Below are positions 9,812 to 18,229 of a stretch of 64,000 bases of DNA, piece after piece. Below the pieces are notes generated by a model. It saw nothing but the letters and a program-made list of their open reading frames with translations, was not told where the DNA came from and searched no databases. The stretch is taken from the NCBI GenBank assembly GCA_016705955.1, contig JADJKO010000010.1, positions 6,280 to 70,279 of the forward strand. The letters run 5' to 3'. Both the position numbers and the translations under genes were made by a program. The DNA is from Flavobacteriales bacterium (GTDB taxonomy: Bacteria > Bacteroidota > Bacteroidia > Flavobacteriales_F > PHOS-HE28). Within the stretch, counting starts at the first letter, position 1, and each line of letters starts with the position of its first letter.

Positions 9812-9901
9812 GACCTCTTTCCTAATTCAGTCACGCCCCTTTGCACCTCATCCTTTATCCTTCTCCCAAGGAGAAGGAGTGGATGAATTAGGAAAGAGGT
9901 C
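9812..9901. repeat. Large nested stem-loop (18-bp perfect outer stem, 8-bp inner stem)
   Basis: gacctctttcctaattca (9812-9829) pairs perfectly with tgaattaggaaagaggtc (9884-9901); inner ccttctcc / ggagaagg (9859-9877). Confidence 0.55.
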
Positions 9902-9993
9902 TAGTGTGGGACAAGCCCAGAGCGCGCGGGAGCGGGAGATAAGTTCGGGGGGTGGTGATCCGGAACACCGATCACAGATCCGCGTGAGCGCGA

Positions 9994-10347
9994 TCAAGCA
10001 GCCTTGAAGCGGTCGTTGGCCTCCCGAATGAAGGCTTCCATGTCCTTGGCTGAGAGCCTGCGCGCCAATGCATGGAGATCAGCAACCCCTTTGTCCTTGG
10101 TGAGGAAGGCGAGGTGGTCATTGCCTGCAATGGCAACGGCTTGGGCGGGCCGATAATCGTACAGGTCATGCGGCTCACAGCGGAAGATGCGACAGAGTTT
10201 CTCCAGATCCGAGAAGTGAAGGCGCTTCATGGTACCCGCGATGAGCTTCTTGGCGGTGTGATGCGAGAACCCGTTGCTGGTAAGGAACGAGTACGGACGC
10301 TGAACGCCTTTGAGGCGAGCGATGCGGGGAATGTCGAGGGTGATCAT
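9994..10347 (-). CDS. XRE-family helix-turn-helix transcriptional regulator
   Basis: 117-aa product from an internal Met (MITLDIPRIARLKGV...FSDLEKLCRIFRCEPHDLYDY), a typical Cro/C1-type HTH; the ORF's upstream extension to 10434 is unlikely to be coding. Confidence 0.55.
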   Translation of the reverse strand: MITLDIPRIARLKGVQRPYSFLTSNGFSHHTAKKLIAGTMKRLHFSDLEKLCRIFRCEPHDLYDYRPAQAVAIAGNDHLAFLTKDKGVADLHALARRLSAKDMEAFIREANDRFKAA

Positions 10348-10808
10348 GGCAGGTGCTCGTTGGAATTCAGTGTGTGCGTTGATGTGATCGCGGCTTGGAA
10401 CGTGGATATCCGATCGGAGGTTGCAGAAGATCAATGGGAAGGTGTGCCATGGGGATCTTCGGGTGTAGGAGAACAGGCTTCGGGTGCCCTAGCCGGGATG
10501 GCGGATGCAGGAACCGAACACGGCGGTGTGATGATCAAGGTATCATGCGCCGAACTTGAAGCTTGGGGTGCTGCGATGAACGGACCGGGTGTGGCAATGG
10601 AAGCTTCGGGTGCCTTTTTGAAGATCAGCGGGACGCGGATGACCGCACGCGACCGGTTATGCCCAGGTGCGAATGGTGAAACGCCTACTGGAGTGCAAAA
10701 AGCAGGCGCACGGTTCGCAGATCCGCGTGAGCGGGGGCCCGGCCCCGCGCCGGCCCCGCGCGGCGCCGCGGGCGGGGGGCGCCGGGGGGGCCGGGGGGGC
10801 CGCGGAAC

Positions 10809-10910
10809 GATATAAAGCTCCTGATCATCGAGCATCAAGGCCAAAGCCATGTCTCCTTTCAGCGCGTAGCGGACGATGTTGGTATCGACCAACAACCTAC
10901 TTCCATCCAT
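10809..10910 (-). pseudogene. Truncated PIN-domain (VapC-like) toxin fragment
   Basis: First 34 codons MDGSRLLVDTNIVRYALKGDMALALMLDDQELYI match PIN N-termini (LLVDTNI...); the reading frame then runs into a GC-rich low-complexity tract (10734-10808) encoding PRPPRPPRRPPP; start overlaps the upstream antitoxin stop by 14 nt. Confidence 0.55.
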
Positions 10911-11070
10911 CGCGCATCTTCTTCTGGATGGCCAGCGGATCGCACTCCAACTTCAGCTTACCGGCGAAGCTCTTCACGTCAACGCCCTTCCTCATCCGTG
11001 TTCGCTTCTTGCTCTTCAGCAGCACTGCGAGCTGTTTCCGCGTGGTGGATCGTTTCACGATGATGGTCAT
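10897..11070 (-). CDS. Small VapB-like antitoxin (57 aa; below the ORF-track size cut-off)
   Basis: Hand-translated minus-strand ORF MTIIVKRSTTRKQLAVLLKSKKRTRMRKGVDVKSFAGKLKLECDPLAIQKKMRDGWK; its 3' end overlaps the PIN fragment start (ATGGATGGAAGTAG), the classic TA gene overlap. Confidence 0.5.
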   Translation of the reverse strand: MTIIVKRSTTRKQLAVLLKSKKRTRMRKGVDVKSFAGKLKLECDPLAIQKKMRDGWK

Positions 11071-11098
11071 GCGGCGCGTGGATGAACAAATGTAGCGT

Positions 11099-12082
11099 TC
11101 AATACCCCCCGCCCCCGCCCTGCCCGCGTTCGATCGGGTGCCAGGTGGTTTTCACCTCTTGGGTATCGAGGATCATGTAGGGTGACTGCGCATCGGCGCT
11201 CATCCAGTCCTTCACCTTGGGAACTACCACACGCTTCATGTTCGTAGCAGCTTCGGTGTCGAGCATCGTCTTCTCCTCCTTGTCCTCGGCTCCGCTCGGA
11301 CTGACAGTCGGGGCAACGACGATCGCGTTGATGTCCATGTGCGACACGAGGGGCTTGAGCAATTCGCTGCGGAAGCCGGTGAGCAGGTTCACCACGCCGC
11401 CGGGCAGGTCGCTGGTGGCGAGCACTTCGGCGAAGGTGACGGCGGGTAAGGGATGCTTCTCACTGGCCACTACCACGGCTGTGTTGCCGCCTGTGATCAC
11501 AGGAGCGATCAAGCTCACCAGTTCCAGCAGGCCGTTGCTTCCGCCAGCCATTACGCCCACCACGCCGGTGGGTTCCTCCACGCTGAAGTTGAAGTGCGAA
11601 CTGTTGGTGGGGTTCACGCTGCTGAAGAGTGCTTGGTACTTGTCACACCAGCCGGCGTAGTGTATCCAGCGATCGATCGCTGCACTCACTTCTTCATTCG
11701 CTTGTTGCGCTGTTGATCCGTGTAGTACAAGCTCATGCACGAACTGTGCGCGGCGGCCTTCGAGCATCTCGCCGATGCGGTAGAGGATCTGCCCGCGGTT
11801 GAAGGCGCTGCGGTTGGCCCAATCGCCCAAGGCCTTGCGCGCGGCGATCACGCTCTCGCGGACATCCTTACGACTGCTGCGGCAGATGTTCGCCAGCGCT
11901 TTACCGTCCGTGCCTTTCGGCTGGTAGTAGCGGCCACTCTCCGTGCGCGGGAATTTGCCGCCGATGAAGATCTTGTAGGTCTTCATCACGGGAACGCGCT
12001 CCGCCTTCTTAGCGGTGCCGTTGGTGCCGTGGCCGTTGAGGTCGGCTTTGACAGCGGTCGTCTTCGTGATCGTCTTGCTCAT
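11099..12082 (-). CDS. Aldehyde dehydrogenase-like protein, N-terminal (NAD-binding) half only
   Basis: 327-aa product from an internal Met (MSKTITK...KTYKIFIGGKF...GGNTAVVVASEKHPLPAVTFAEVL...GGVVNLLTG) aligns to the ALDH N-terminal domain but lacks the catalytic Cys/ELGGK region; ends in GQGGGGGY, encoded by a C/G homopolymer tract. Confidence 0.55.
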   Translation of the reverse strand: MSKTITKTTAVKADLNGHGTNGTAKKAERVPVMKTYKIFIGGKFPRTESGRYYQPKGTDGKALANICRSSRKDVRESVIAARKALGDWANRSAFNRGQILYRIGEMLEGRRAQFVHELVLHGSTAQQANEEVSAAIDRWIHYAGWCDKYQALFSSVNPTNSSHFNFSVEEPTGVVGVMAGGSNGLLELVSLIAPVITGGNTAVVVASEKHPLPAVTFAEVLATSDLPGGVVNLLTGFRSELLKPLVSHMDINAIVVAPTVSPSGAEDKEEKTMLDTEAATNMKRVVVPKVKDWMSADAQSPYMILDTQEVKTTWHPIERGQGGGGGY

Positions 12083-12144
12083 TAGTACTGACTGTGCGTA
12101 GCCAAAGCTACGGCCCGGCTGACGAGGATCTATTTGGGACCGGA

Positions 12145-12726
12145 TCAAGCATCCTCCAATCCCTTCCCTTCCAGGATCCGCTCCACGCATTTCTCGATCC
12201 TCGCCTCGCGGGTCTTCGCTTGTTTGGCCGATGAGAAGTGAAGCAGGTAGCCGCGCTGGCGACCCGGTGTCAGCGCGTTGAATGCCTTCTTCAAGGCAGG
12301 TATCGAAGCCAACTTGTTCTTGAACTCTTCGGGCATGTCGAAGGCCGCCGTTGGCTTGAGCTTCACTTCCAGACCGGCCTTTTCCACCTCGATGGCTTCG
12401 TGGGTATACGCCTTCACGATGCGCTCCAGCTTCACGATCTCCTTCAAGTCGGTAAACCGGATCTGGCGCGCGGCCTGCACGTTCTTGGTTTGTTGCACCA
12501 GGATCCCGTGATCGTCCTTGAGCAAGGCGCCCTTGTGGAAGAGCAACGCGCAGTAGTCCTTGAAGGCATGGATCAGCACGACGTTCTTCTTCTTGAGCGT
12601 GTAGCACGGATGGCCCCACTTCATCTCCTCTTCGAGGCCGCAGTCCAGTAGGATCATCCGGAGCTTCTCCTGCTCTTGCTGCCACTTGCCGGCTTTGTTG
12701 AAGTACCAGTCAACGGTGGGGTTCAT
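12145..12726 (-). CDS. YdeI/OmpD-associated family protein (DUF1801)
   Basis: 193-aa ORF with the characteristic MNPTVDWYFNKAGKWQQE... N-terminus of this family. Confidence 0.75.
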   Translation of the reverse strand: MNPTVDWYFNKAGKWQQEQEKLRMILLDCGLEEEMKWGHPCYTLKKKNVVLIHAFKDYCALLFHKGALLKDDHGILVQQTKNVQAARQIRFTDLKEIVKLERIVKAYTHEAIEVEKAGLEVKLKPTAAFDMPEEFKNKLASIPALKKAFNALTPGRQRGYLLHFSSAKQAKTREARIEKCVERILEGKGLEDA

Positions 12727-12803
12727 GCCACGAACTTATGCCGAACCGAACTTTGCGTGATCACAGTTGGCCCACATACCTTGGTCCGACAGATCACGAA
12801 CCC

Positions 12804-13160
12804 ATGTCACGACACGTCACCGGTATCGGCGGATTCTTCTTCCGCTCGGACGATCACAAGGCACTTGCCGCGTGGTACAACAAACACTTCGGCATCAACG
12901 ACCAGGAGAACGGCTGGATCTGGCAACAGGATGCCGGCCCCACGGTGTTCTCGCCGTTCAAGCGCGACACCGACTACTTCGGCAACGACAAGCAGCAGTT
13001 CATGCTGAACCTGCGCGTGCAGGACATGGATGGCCTGCTGAAGAAACTCGAGGCCGACGGTGTGCGCATCGACCCCAAGCGCATGGATGAGGACTACGGC
13101 CGCTTCGCGTGGGTCTTCGATCCGGACGGGAACAAGATCGAATTGTGGGAGCCGAAGTAG
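12804..13160 (+). CDS. VOC family protein (glyoxalase/bleomycin-resistance fold)
   Basis: About 118 aa from an internal Met (MSRHVTGIGGFFFRSDDHKALAAWYNKHFG...IELWEP), the typical VOC beta-alpha-beta-beta-beta motif. Confidence 0.75.
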   Translation: MSRHVTGIGGFFFRSDDHKALAAWYNKHFGINDQENGWIWQQDAGPTVFSPFKRDTDYFGNDKQQFMLNLRVQDMDGLLKKLEADGVRIDPKRMDEDYGRFAWVFDPDGNKIELWEPK

Positions 13161-13277
13161 GTGGGGTCGGAAACCGATGCACTCGAACCTCGCTGGATCT
13201 GAGACCATTCGTGCCGTGAGCATCGATCCCATATTTCGTTCAGCTACGGCTTCTTTACATCACAACTTCGGAGCCTC

Positions 13278-13835
13278 ATGCGCCCCCTTCGCTTCTCCAT
13301 CAACGTCACCTTGGACGGATGCTACGACCATACCGTCGGGCTCGCGGACGAGGACCTGCACCGCAACGCGATGGAGTACATCGCCGGGTGCGACGCCTTG
13401 CTCTTCGGCCGGGTGACCTACGACATGATGTTGGCCGCGTGGCGCATGCCACCGAACGGGATATGGCCGGAGTGGATGCCACCGTGGATGCAGCCGTTCG
13501 CCAAGACCATCGATGCGGCCAGGAAGTACGTGGTGTCGAGCACGCTGAAGGAAGTGGATTGGAACGCGGAACTCGTGCGTGGAGATCTCGAGAAGACCGT
13601 TCAGCAACTCAAGCAGCAACCGGGCAAGGGCATCGGTGTGGGCGGCGTGCAACTCGCGATGGCCTTGACGGAATTGGGCCTGATCGATGAGTACCAGATC
13701 GTGGTACACCCGCGGATCGTGGGTCGCGGGCCAACCTTGTTCGCAGGACTATCGAAGATGGTGGACCTGAAGCTTGTGGGCCGACAGGAGTTCGGCTCGG
13801 GGGCGGTGGCGATGCGGTATGAAGTGAAGCGGTAG
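13278..13835 (+). CDS. Dihydrofolate reductase family protein (RibD C-terminal domain)
   Basis: 185-aa ORF; FSINVTLDG...LLFGRVTY...IVVHPRIVGRG pattern of YwjB/RibD_C proteins. Confidence 0.8.
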   Translation: MRPLRFSINVTLDGCYDHTVGLADEDLHRNAMEYIAGCDALLFGRVTYDMMLAAWRMPPNGIWPEWMPPWMQPFAKTIDAARKYVVSSTLKEVDWNAELVRGDLEKTVQQLKQQPGKGIGVGGVQLAMALTELGLIDEYQIVVHPRIVGRGPTLFAGLSKMVDLKLVGRQEFGSGAVAMRYEVKR

Positions 13836-13910
13836 GTTGACTTCGTCCGGGTCGTATCCATCTCCTTTCCTTTTGCCATTCATCCATCAGCGGCCCTTTA
13901 TCTTTGCAAC

Positions 13911-14213
13911 ATGGAACTTAGCGAGTCTACACGGGAGCAACTGCGCCGCTTCTTCGCGGCGTATCCGGTGGACCGTGCCTACGTCTTTGGGTCATTCGCG
14001 CGTGGTGAGGCCAGGCCGGATAGCGACATGGACATCCTTGTGGACCTGGACCGATCCAAGCCCTTCGGATTGGGCTTTGTGCAAATGCAGCTCGACCTGG
14101 AGGAATTGCTCGGCCGCAAAGTGGACGTGGTGACCCGTAGTGCACTGAGCAAGTACATCGCGCCGTTCGTGACGAAGGACCTACAACTGATCTATGCGCG
14201 AGCGGCGGCGTGA
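13911..14213 (+). CDS. Nucleotidyltransferase antitoxin (MntA-like)
   Basis: 100 aa; GSFARGEARPDSDMDILVD minimal nucleotidyltransferase motif (GS...D.D); overlaps the downstream HepT gene by 20 nt. Confidence 0.8.
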   Translation: MELSESTREQLRRFFAAYPVDRAYVFGSFARGEARPDSDMDILVDLDRSKPFGLGFVQMQLDLEELLGRKVDVVTRSALSKYIAPFVTKDLQLIYARAAA

Positions 14214-14553
14214 CCGACTTCGCTTGCAACATATGCTCGATGCGTGTGATGCCCTGATCGAGTTCATGCGCGGCAAAAACGAGGATGACCTCGTGACGGA
14301 CAAGCTGCTCGTCTCGGGTGTTACACGACAGATCGAGATCATTGGAGAAGCCGCGAACATGCTCACCATCGAGCTACGGAATGAGCACCCCGATGTGCCG
14401 TGGAGACAGATCATTGGTATGCGCAACAACGTCATTCACGAATACTTCGCCGTGCAGACCGAAACCGTGTGGGACGTGGTGACGAACGATGTTCCCGTGC
14501 TGCGGGACCAGCTCGTCGCGATCATCGCCAAGTTGCCGGAAGCCGGTTTCTGA
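14194..14553 (+). CDS. HepT-like (DUF86) RNase toxin
   Basis: 119 aa; R(X)4HEY-type HEPN motif (MRNNVIHEYF); forms an MntA/HepT pair with 13911..14213. Confidence 0.8.
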   Translation: MRERRRDRLRLQHMLDACDALIEFMRGKNEDDLVTDKLLVSGVTRQIEIIGEAANMLTIELRNEHPDVPWRQIIGMRNNVIHEYFAVQTETVWDVVTNDVPVLRDQLVAIIAKLPEAGF

Positions 14554-14558
14554 ATGGC

Positions 14559-14962
14559 TCACGTCCTCAGGATCGACTCCATCTTCTTGCCCTTGGCCAG
14601 TTCATCCACCAACTTATCCAGGTAGCGGATCTGTTGCATCAGCGGGTCCTCGATGTCCTCTACGCGGTAGCCGCAGGACCTGTCCCGTGAAGCGGGATCA
14701 TACCCGTGATCCTGTTGACGTTCGGGTTCAATTCGGGTGCCTTGGCGAAGAAGGTCTCGAAGTCGATCTTCTTGTCGAGCACGTTCTGCAAGCCCTTCTC
14801 CGTGTAGCCCGTGAGCCAGTGGATGACGGTGTGCAGCTCTGCCTTCGTGCGGCCGTCATCCCGGCCACCGAGCCGGGACTTCTCCACCTTGGTAACGTAG
14901 TGCGGGTACACGCTTGCGAAGGCCATGCGATAGACCCTTTCGTTGTTCTCTCCTGGTTTCAT
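14559..14962 (-). pseudogene. DUF2200 family gene with an internal frameshift
   Basis: N-terminal part (MKPGENNERVYRMAFASVYPHYVTKVEK...HWLTGY...[24 protein letters not shown]) is in the frame of ORF 14660..14992; the conserved C-terminus ([37 protein letters not shown]) is in another frame ending at 14559; frame switch near 14676-14700. Confidence 0.6.
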
Positions 14963-14966
14963 GATC

Positions 14967-15260
14967 TTAAAATGGCTTGCCCTTCGGATCACGTTTCACA
15001 TGCCAGATCGAAAGAACATGTATCACGGTGGCATTGTACGAATAGAACATCATGTGATCACCGATGGTCTTTAAGCGCACGTCGGCATCACTTGTGGGTC
15101 GGCCTAGTTTGGGCTGTGCGGCGATCACGCGCAACGCCGCCCGGAACATGCCGTCCAACTTCTCGCTGTATAGGGTGGAACCACTGCGGTCCGCCCAATA
15201 GCGCAGGATCACCAAGCGCTCACGCTGGGCGTTGGCGGACCAGACTATTTGCCGAGCCAT
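14967..15260 (-). CDS. Type II toxin-antitoxin system RelE/ParE family toxin
   Basis: 97 aa; matches the RelE/ParE fold pattern (…RVIAAQPKLGRP…IHVLSIWH…); overlaps the upstream antitoxin gene. Confidence 0.75.
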   Translation of the reverse strand: MARQIVWSANAQRERLVILRYWADRSGSTLYSEKLDGMFRAALRVIAAQPKLGRPTSDADVRLKTIGDHMMFYSYNATVIHVLSIWHVKRDPKGKPF

Positions 15261-15481
15261 TCATCCACGGCCTTGTTCGCGTCGCGTTCGGAAAGCGTGC
15301 GGCCCGCCTTGATATCCTTCTTACCCCTGTTGACGGAAGTCTGCTGCTCCTTTGTGAGCTTGTATGGCTCCAAGCCCGCAGCATCGGTGCCCATCAGCCG
15401 GTATGCCTCACGCAGCAACGCGCTATCGCGAGATCGCATGATGCGGTTGATCAGTCGCTTCTTGAGTTCCACTTCGGACAT
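15245..15481 (-). CDS. Putative antitoxin (addiction module component)
   Basis: 78-aa product from an internal Met (MSEVELKKRLINRIMRSRDSALLREAYRLM...); 16-nt overlap with the RelE/ParE toxin gene. Confidence 0.55.
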   Translation of the reverse strand: MSEVELKKRLINRIMRSRDSALLREAYRLMGTDAAGLEPYKLTKEQQTSVNRGKKDIKAGRTLSERDANKAVDEWLGK

Positions 15482-15646
15482 GGGACGCGGTTTGGTCTTG
15501 CTAAGGTATGGCGAGCGCGAAACCTTTCCCTCTGGTGCATTGCTGCGAACGCACCACTGGTCCGTGAGCCTGTTAGATGATGGCATCGTCCTGCTGGCCG
15601 TCCATCCGGTGCTGTTGGGTACGGGCAAGCGCCGCACACATTCGAG

Positions 15647-15728
15647 CTCATCAGCACGAAGGCATTCCCATCCGGCAGCATCTTCAATGCCTGCAAGGTC
15701 GCCGGGGCTTAAAAGGCGGGGTAGTTCG
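15647..15728. repeat. 82-bp direct repeat, copy 1 (about 88% identical to 17512-17593)
   Basis: ctcatcagcacgaaggcattcccatccggcaGcatcttcaatGcctGcaaggtcgCCggggcttAAaaggcggggtagttcg versus copy 2; the two copies bracket the ImmA/IrrE-DUF4411 cassette. Confidence 0.8.
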
Positions 15729-15734
15729 AGGATG

Positions 15735-16238
15735 CTACAGAGTACAGGTGAACTTGATACCCAACTCCTCGATCATCTTGAAGTCATCGATGCACCGAAC
15801 ACCCATTGCGTCACAGACATGCGGGATCTTCACTCGCTTGTTGTTCGCGGCTGTCGGTTTCTCCTCCTTGGACACGACGCAAGCGTTCTCGGCCATAGCA
15901 TGGGCGATCAGCCATGGATCCGCAAGTGATCGCTGCTTCGTGTTGTCCACAAGCAGCTGGTGCTTCGGGTCCTTCGCATAGATCTCTTTCAACTTGATGC
16001 CGACTTCCTCTGTAACACTCCGAACCTTGACGCGACTTTTCTTCAACCATTTCGACAAGTCGTCGTCGGTGCGATGGATCTCCTCGGCTACCCAACTCGG
16101 AACGAATAACTGACCGTGAGCGCCAAGCTCATCCAGGACATTCCAATAGGTAGGGCAAACGTTCGGTGAGTAGTAGCTCTCCCATGCTTTGATGAGCACG
16201 TTCGCATCGAGGCAGTATATGGTCGACTGCAAGCTCAT
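15735..16238 (-). CDS. DUF4411 family protein (PIN-like nuclease fold)
   Basis: 167 aa; MSLQSTIYCLDANVLIKAW...LVPSWVAEEI motif characteristic of DUF4411, usually found downstream of ImmA/IrrE genes; 4-nt overlap with the upstream gene. Confidence 0.8.
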   Translation of the reverse strand: MSLQSTIYCLDANVLIKAWESYYSPNVCPTYWNVLDELGAHGQLFVPSWVAEEIHRTDDDLSKWLKKSRVKVRSVTEEVGIKLKEIYAKDPKHQLLVDNTKQRSLADPWLIAHAMAENACVVSKEEKPTAANNKRVKIPHVCDAMGVRCIDDFKMIEELGIKFTCTL

Positions 16239-17416
16239 CGGTACATGATGGCCTCGAACTTCGAGAAGTTGTTCACCGGCGTGTTGAGCAGGCTACTCGC
16301 CAATGTGGGTTGGATCACACCTCCGCGAAAGGCATCCAGAACGACCTGGGTGAAGAGTCGCCCATTCTTGTTCAAGCGAAGCAGATAGGGATCCGGGCCG
16401 CCCTTGGACCGCTCCTTCTCCTTGTTCTTCTCCGACAATGCACGCAGGTATTCCTTGAAGTCCTTGTCCAAGGTCGCCTTCATGGAATGGTAGCCCGCGT
16501 CGGTGACGAGACCACGACCATGAGCGCGCACTAGCAAAGCCCACGAACTCACACCGGATCTCTCAGAGATCTGAGCGATCGATCTGGGATCCGAGAATTG
16601 AGAAGCGGTCAATGACGCCATCACCCGATCCGGCATCAGCGCATGAGCCGCAACCGCATTGCAGAAACGTTCGATGGGATCGGCGTTAGTAACGTTCGTT
16701 ACCTCTGGCTCGATCTCGCTTGAGATCCCGGTAGCCGCGATCCAGATATGTGCCAACTCATGCACTAGCGTGAACAGCTGCGCTTTGTCCCAATCCTCGG
16801 TATTGATGAAGACGAAAGGAGCGTGCGGGTCAGCGATGGCAAAGCCTTGGAACTCATCGCTGTCCAGTTTCAACCGTGTGTGAATGAAGCTCGTACGTGA
16901 AATGAAAATACCTGCGGCCTCCGCCTTGGTCATCCATTCGCGGATCGGCTCCTTCTCCTGGTAGGCTTCGGGATCAATGCCCAGCGTATAGAGGATGTCC
17001 TGCGCCACGGCGCTAGATTCATCGTTCGCCGTGTAGCGGCCAACGAACGGCAGGGCCGGTTCTTCGTTCTCGCGCTGCAATTCACTTATCCAACTATGCT
17101 TCTGTTGGATATCCCGAAGTATGAAGACCGCCGCAGTTGTCAACTCCTTGGAGCCGGAGCGACGGAAGTCGTTAAGCGGCGTGAAGTCATACGGAACATC
17201 AGGCAGGAACAGCATGGCGAACGGCCTGCGGTAAGCCTTCGCAAGCGTCTCCGCCTGTCTGATGGTCGGCTGTTCGGTTCCTTCCTCCCATTTAGCCAAA
17301 CGCTCAGGTGTAAGCCTCGTGACTTTCTTGGCCGCTTGCTCAAGAGTGAGGCGCGCTGTTTCGCGCGCCCACTTCAAGACCTTAGGAGTTATGTAGGCTT
17401 TCTCTGCCACTGGCAA
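16235..17416 (-). CDS. XRE-HTH / ImmA-IrrE family zinc metallopeptidase fusion
   Basis: 393 aa; N-terminal HTH (LKWARETARLTLEQAAKKV) and HEXXH zinc motif (LVHELAHIW) typical of ImmA/IrrE proteases. Confidence 0.85.
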   Translation of the reverse strand: MPVAEKAYITPKVLKWARETARLTLEQAAKKVTRLTPERLAKWEEGTEQPTIRQAETLAKAYRRPFAMLFLPDVPYDFTPLNDFRRSGSKELTTAAVFILRDIQQKHSWISELQRENEEPALPFVGRYTANDESSAVAQDILYTLGIDPEAYQEKEPIREWMTKAEAAGIFISRTSFIHTRLKLDSDEFQGFAIADPHAPFVFINTEDWDKAQLFTLVHELAHIWIAATGISSEIEPEVTNVTNADPIERFCNAVAAHALMPDRVMASLTASQFSDPRSIAQISERSGVSSWALLVRAHGRGLVTDAGYHSMKATLDKDFKEYLRALSEKNKEKERSKGGPDPYLLRLNKNGRLFTQVVLDAFRGGVIQPTLASSLLNTPVNNFSKFEAIMYR

Positions 17417-17511
17417 GGGAGCAAGGTGCTTCGCTACTGAACTAGATCGACGGGTTTCTTGGCTAGATTTTCGACAGCAAGGTATGATCGTCTTCTGAAC
17501 CGTTGTCGAGA

Positions 17512-17593
17512 CTCATCAGCACGAAGGCATTCCCATCCGGCATCATCTTCAATACCTACAAGGTCGTTGGGGCTTTGAAGGCGGGGTAGTTCG
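17512..17593. repeat. 82-bp direct repeat, copy 2
   Basis: See copy 1; lies just upstream (on the minus strand) of the ImmA/IrrE gene. Confidence 0.8.
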
Positions 17594-17696
17594 GCGAGTG
17601 GATTGGCAGTGAATACCGGAGCTCCGGACGGAAGAACCTTGCGTTGTACTTTGCGACTGCCGGTCCTGCACCCCTAACCGGACCTCAAAACAAGAA

Positions 17697-18143
17697 ATGT
17701 CTGTCGTGTTCTGCCTTGTCAAAGTCGCGTGTGCTTGGTTGGCAATGATGTTTATCGGAACCAACCTACTGGGCTTCATCGTGCGAGGCTTCTTGGAACA
17801 GGTGGTCCCGGCCGAACCTCCCGATGACGGCAGAGCCGTGAACACCTGGATCGCTCGTGAGCGCAAGAGGATGAAAGCGTCCAATCTCGTGATGACAGCA
17901 TTGGCCATTGGTGCCTGCGCTGGCTATTACTGGGCGCTCTTCCACTACCTCGGAGGTGCGCTTGCCGTGACCGCAGGAGCCATGCTTATGGTATCTCGGC
18001 TACCTGACCTGTTAGTCGAAATCAGGACCGGGAAGCCTACGACACGTAGATCCATGTCACAAACCCCACTCGACTTCTTCATGACGGCCCTGATTTGGGC
18101 GGCTCTACCAGTGATGTGGTTCGCCTTGTGTTATCAGAAATAA
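17697..18143 (+). CDS. Hypothetical membrane protein
   Basis: 148-aa ORF with 4 hydrophobic helices; no recognised domain. Confidence 0.4.
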   Translation: MSVVFCLVKVACAWLAMMFIGTNLLGFIVRGFLEQVVPAEPPDDGRAVNTWIARERKRMKASNLVMTALAIGACAGYYWALFHYLGGALAVTAGAMLMVSRLPDLLVEIRTGKPTTRRSMSQTPLDFFMTALIWAALPVMWFALCYQK

Positions 18144-18229
18144 GCGACCGGGATTGGATGCTGGCGTCTATTGCGTGGTGCTCTCCCGTCGGAGAAATCA
18201 GCCGTGATGCTGACTGATTGATGCGCGAT

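Noticed and set aside
10072-10910. ORF 10072..10815 (+) and the full-length 159-aa ORF 10431..10910 (-)
   Set aside because: Both are driven by the GC-rich low-complexity tract and degenerate repeats; only the first 34 codons of the minus-strand ORF look like a real PIN protein.
11099-12685. Full 528-aa extent of ORF 11099..12685
   Set aside because: The upstream 201 codons overlap the YdeI gene on the same strand in another frame and have low-complexity Arg/Gly/Glu-rich composition; the real start is the Met at 12082 where the ALDH-like similarity begins.
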